Virus record (IMG/VR): IMGVR_UViG_3300031565_000019
Source of the DNA: an uncultured virus (IMG/VR IMGVR_UViG_3300031565_000019)
Taxonomy: Duplodnaviria > Heunggongvirae > Uroviricota > Caudoviricetes
Strand: one strand, 5' to 3'
DNA length: 20,000 bases
Under the pieces are notes generated by a model that was not told where the DNA came from, did not search any database, and saw nothing but the letters and a program-made list of their open reading frames with translations. The translations under genes and the position numbers were made by a program. Positions 17,082 to 20,000 of the stretch are shown here, one piece after another (the stretch's first letter is position 1; each line of letters begins with the position of its first letter).

Positions 17082-18227
17082 ATGAAAAAATTATTATTAT
17101 TAATATCTCTTGCTATTAGCATAGGAATAAATGGGCAGAAAATAACAAATTTAACTGAAGCCACCACGGCTCCGACAGGTTCCTTACTTATGGTGAGATC
17201 AGGGACAACAGGAAATCTTATCAAAAGGATTACCGTGGATAATTTATTATTAAATTATATAATCAGTGCTGACACGGCTGCAATGTTAGATAAATATCTG
17301 CGTAAACAGCCTATTGATTCTCTTGGGACTGTTGGGACGGCGGTTGGATTTTATAATAGCGCAGGAGATACAGTTCCTCCTTATATACCTTATGCAAACA
17401 GGGCAGATTTGGTAGCTGTATTAAGAGATCTTGGTGTAACTATGTTTACTGACAAATATCAACTTGTATATAACGCACTTGATATTAAGCCGGATAGCGA
17501 CACCGCACATTATCAGAATGATATGGTATATAGTCTTGACAGTGCAGGATATTGGGACAGGGGAAAATTACTTTATGTTGCTGCACAAAGAAGCACGGCA
17601 GGAGCTAAGATTAACTGGATAACGCCGGGGACTTATAATCTTACTGATCCCGGCAGTACTGTTCCATCATTTATTAAATATCAGGGGTTTGATATGGATG
17701 GTTCGTCTGATTATTTTTCAACAGATTATGTTCCTGTTACTGATTCTTTACTCGCGAGTAGTCCTGCTAATTATATTGGAGTAAATTGTACAACATTGTC
17801 TGCATGGACATTAACAGGATTAAGCGCAGGCGGCAGAACTGTAATTGGTGCATTTTCCGGTACTGGTATTGGAACACACCTCGCTACATTAAACTCAATA
17901 GCTACAAAGATTAATTCAGTATCAAATTCAGTTCTTGGTGCCCAGACAGATGGGAATGGATATACGATGGCAACAAGACGAGGAAAGACAGAACTTGAAG
18001 GATATTTTAATGGTGTTATCAATGGGACAGATAATGAAGTAAGTTATTCTCTGCAAGATGATGCTTTATTTGTTGGAGCTCTTAATGATGATGGAGGGAG
18101 TGTTTTATATTTTTATGACGGTATTATTTCGATAATACTGGTTATGGATGATGTTTCGGATGCCGATGCACTTGGAATTTTTAATATTTTCAATCATTTT
18201 ATGAATCACATGGGACTGGGATTATGA
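17082..18227 (+). CDS. Signal-peptide protein with fibre-type N-terminal motif and C-terminal LamG/concanavalin-like domain
   Basis: MKKLLLLISLAISIGING|Q signal peptide, then QKITNLTEATT...KRITVDNLL. C-terminal GFDMDGSSDY, TLSAW, LEGYFNG, LFVGALN, YDGIISII. Confidence 0.65.
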   Translation: MKKLLLLISLAISIGINGQKITNLTEATTAPTGSLLMVRSGTTGNLIKRITVDNLLLNYIISADTAAMLDKYLRKQPIDSLGTVGTAVGFYNSAGDTVPPYIPYANRADLVAVLRDLGVTMFTDKYQLVYNALDIKPDSDTAHYQNDMVYSLDSAGYWDRGKLLYVAAQRSTAGAKINWITPGTYNLTDPGSTVPSFIKYQGFDMDGSSDYFSTDYVPVTDSLLASSPANYIGVNCTTLSAWTLTGLSAGGRTVIGAFSGTGIGTHLATLNSIATKINSVSNSVLGAQTDGNGYTMATRRGKTELEGYFNGVINGTDNEVSYSLQDDALFVGALNDDGGSVLYFYDGIISIILVMDDVSDADALGIFNIFNHFMNHMGLGL

Positions 18228-20000
18228 AAAAACTTATATTCATACCGTTACTATTTCTTTCAATTTCTACCTTTTGTGGGTTGCGTTATGTTTCTACAAC
18301 GGGTACAGATGATACTTATCCCACTCGTGGAACATTTGCTAATCCCTGGTTAACTTGGAACTATGCTTTTAATCATACCCCTTCAAGTGATACCTGTTAT
18401 TTCAGAGGAGGTATCTATGCAACTTCTACTGGTGTATTAGTGGAGGGGCCGGTAAATGATGGTACTCACGATCACCCCACTTGTTTTTTTGCTTATCCTG
18501 ATGATTGGGATGCTGGTAATTATCCTGTTCTTGATTGCTGGACAAAACCTGATGTAGGTTACGAACAAGTCGGAATAGCACTAAGGAGGTTAAGTTATTA
18601 TCACTTAAAAGGATTAACAGTTAAGAATGTTCAACAACATACTTCTGATGATTTAGCTATCGGTATATATATTTCTTTTACTGCAAATCCCGCTTATAAT
18701 GTTAATAATATAATATTTGAAAATTGTACAGTTCATGATTGCGGAGGACACGGATTTTATGCGAGTTTTTATGATACATTATATTTTGTTAATTGTGATG
18801 CTTATAATATTTGTGATAGTTTAACTACATACGATCCCGGCGGGTGGGGTACTGGATTTGGACTTTATTTTAATTACTATACAGGTTCAGATAAATCTTA
18901 TGCTGAATTAAAAGGTTGCAGGGCATGGCAATGTGCAGATCAGGGGTTTTCAGCTATAAGTAAAGGATTAGTAGTTTATGATAGTTGCTGGGCAGTAAAC
19001 AATGGTAATATGCCCTTTCCCACAAATATTCATACTAAAGGTAGTGGATGGAAATCGTGGGAAAGGTATAACAAGAATCCTGCTATCGTACAACTAATCT
19101 GGAAAAATTGTATTGCTGTCGATAATGAATTTCGTGGATTTAATGGTGCCGATGAGGATGGCAATCATGAAGAATTAAGAATACACTTTTATAATAGTTT
19201 TGCATATCGTAATGGTAAATTACATTATAACGGATCAACTTCCGGTCATGGATTTCTTGATTGGACAAATGTGGATACAGTAGGACGATGGGATCACTGG
19301 TATGTGAATAATCTGTCATTTGATAATTATGGTCATTCGGCTTGGGGATCAGAAGGAGATATAGTGACCGGAGCATATCAACAAGCGACTAATTATTGGG
19401 ACCCGACATCATCTGTTACTGCTGCTGATTTTGTAAGCCTTGACACAACAGGTTTATGTGGGCAGAGACAATTGCCAAGTTTTAAACTACCAATCACCAC
19501 TTTTGGTCATCTGGCATCAACATCAAATCTCATTAATGCAGGAACAGATGTGGGTTTACCTTATAACGGTGCTGCTCCTGATGTCGGATGGGTGGAATAC
19601 GAACCACAAGACCCGCCAGTTGATCCAATAGTTATCGTAATTGTAGATGTTTCCGCAGGAGCAAGACAGGCAACGATAGGATGTAACGTTACGGATGATG
19701 GCGGTGGAACAGTATCAGATCGAGGTGTATGTTGGAGTGAATCTGCTGATCCTGATTTAAGTGATAGTCATAACCATAACGGTACTGGCACTAGTGCTTT
19801 TAATTCATATATAACAGGACTATTGCCAAATACTACTTATCATGTAAGAGGGTTTGCAACTAATGAAGCAGGTACGGGATATAGTGCAGATTCAGAGTTT
19901 ATGACAACTTCCGATGCGGGACTTGGTGGTGATGTCGTATTTAGTCCTGATGGGAAGCCTTTATTTATTTACGATAATGTCAGTGGAACTTGGAAAATAT
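18224..20000 (+). CDS. Signal-peptide PL9-like beta-helix protein with FN3-like domain (3' truncated by window)
   Basis: Absent from the ORF track because it runs off the end. ATGA overlap at 18224; MKKLIFIPLLFLSISTFCG, GTFANPWLTW, DTCYFRGGIY, GCRAWQCADQGF, LINAGTDVGLPYNGAAPDVG, then DDGGGTVSDRGVCWS...GLLPNTTYHVRGFATNEAGTGY. Confidence 0.8.
   Translation, partial: MKKLIFIPLLFLSISTFCGLRYVSTTGTDDTYPTRGTFANPWLTWNYAFNHTPSSDTCYFRGGIYATSTGVLVEGPVNDGTHDHPTCFFAYPDDWDAGNYPVLDCWTKPDVGYEQVGIALRRLSYYHLKGLTVKNVQQHTSDDLAIGIYISFTANPAYNVNNIIFENCTVHDCGGHGFYASFYDTLYFVNCDAYNICDSLTTYDPGGWGTGFGLYFNYYTGSDKSYAELKGCRAWQCADQGFSAISKGLVVYDSCWAVNNGNMPFPTNIHTKGSGWKSWERYNKNPAIVQLIWKNCIAVDNEFRGFNGADEDGNHEELRIHFYNSFAYRNGKLHYNGSTSGHGFLDWTNVDTVGRWDHWYVNNLSFDNYGHSAWGSEGDIVTGAYQQATNYWDPTSSVTAADFVSLDTTGLCGQRQLPSFKLPITTFGHLASTSNLINAGTDVGLPYNGAAPDVGWVEYEPQDPPVDPIVIVIVDVSAGARQATIGCNVTDDGGGTVSDRGVCWSESADPDLSDSHNHNGTGTSAFNSYITGLLPNTTYHVRGFATNEAGTGYSADSEFMTTSDAGLGGDVVFSPDGKPLFIYDNVSGTWKI

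Noticed and set aside
276..19631. Numerous short minus-strand and alternate-frame ORFs in the track
   Set aside because: They are nested in long, coupled plus-strand genes and have no motifs, so they are treated as shadow ORFs.

Overview
AT-rich, all plus-strand segment of a tailed-phage (or prophage) morphogenesis region, probably infecting a Bacteroidota host (TAnnTTTG promoters, A/T-rich translation starts mostly without Shine-Dalgarno, a Gln+1 signal peptide). Gene order: small membrane protein, 1402-aa PL9-like beta-helix/SPPV-linker/tail fusion, tape-measure-like protein, small HTH protein, four glycosyltransferase-like genes, a non-coding island, ClpP-type prohead protease, major capsid, tail-tube-like protein, portal, adaptor, BppU-like protein, fibre, a spike-base-like/mini-adaptor pair and two signal-peptide-bearing carbohydrate-binding proteins (the last runs off the window). 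The standout is the non-coding island at 9558-9950. It is a self-contained unit of a Bacteroidota-type promoter, a hairpin/pseudoknot leader, six exact 36-nt units with two alternating conserved repeats and twelve unique 8-9 nt spacers, and an intrinsic terminator. This matches the architecture of a TIGR (tandem interspaced guide RNA) dual-spacer array, yet no Tas/Nop-domain effector gene is recognisable in the window. All protein calls come from motif recognition by eye, not database searches.
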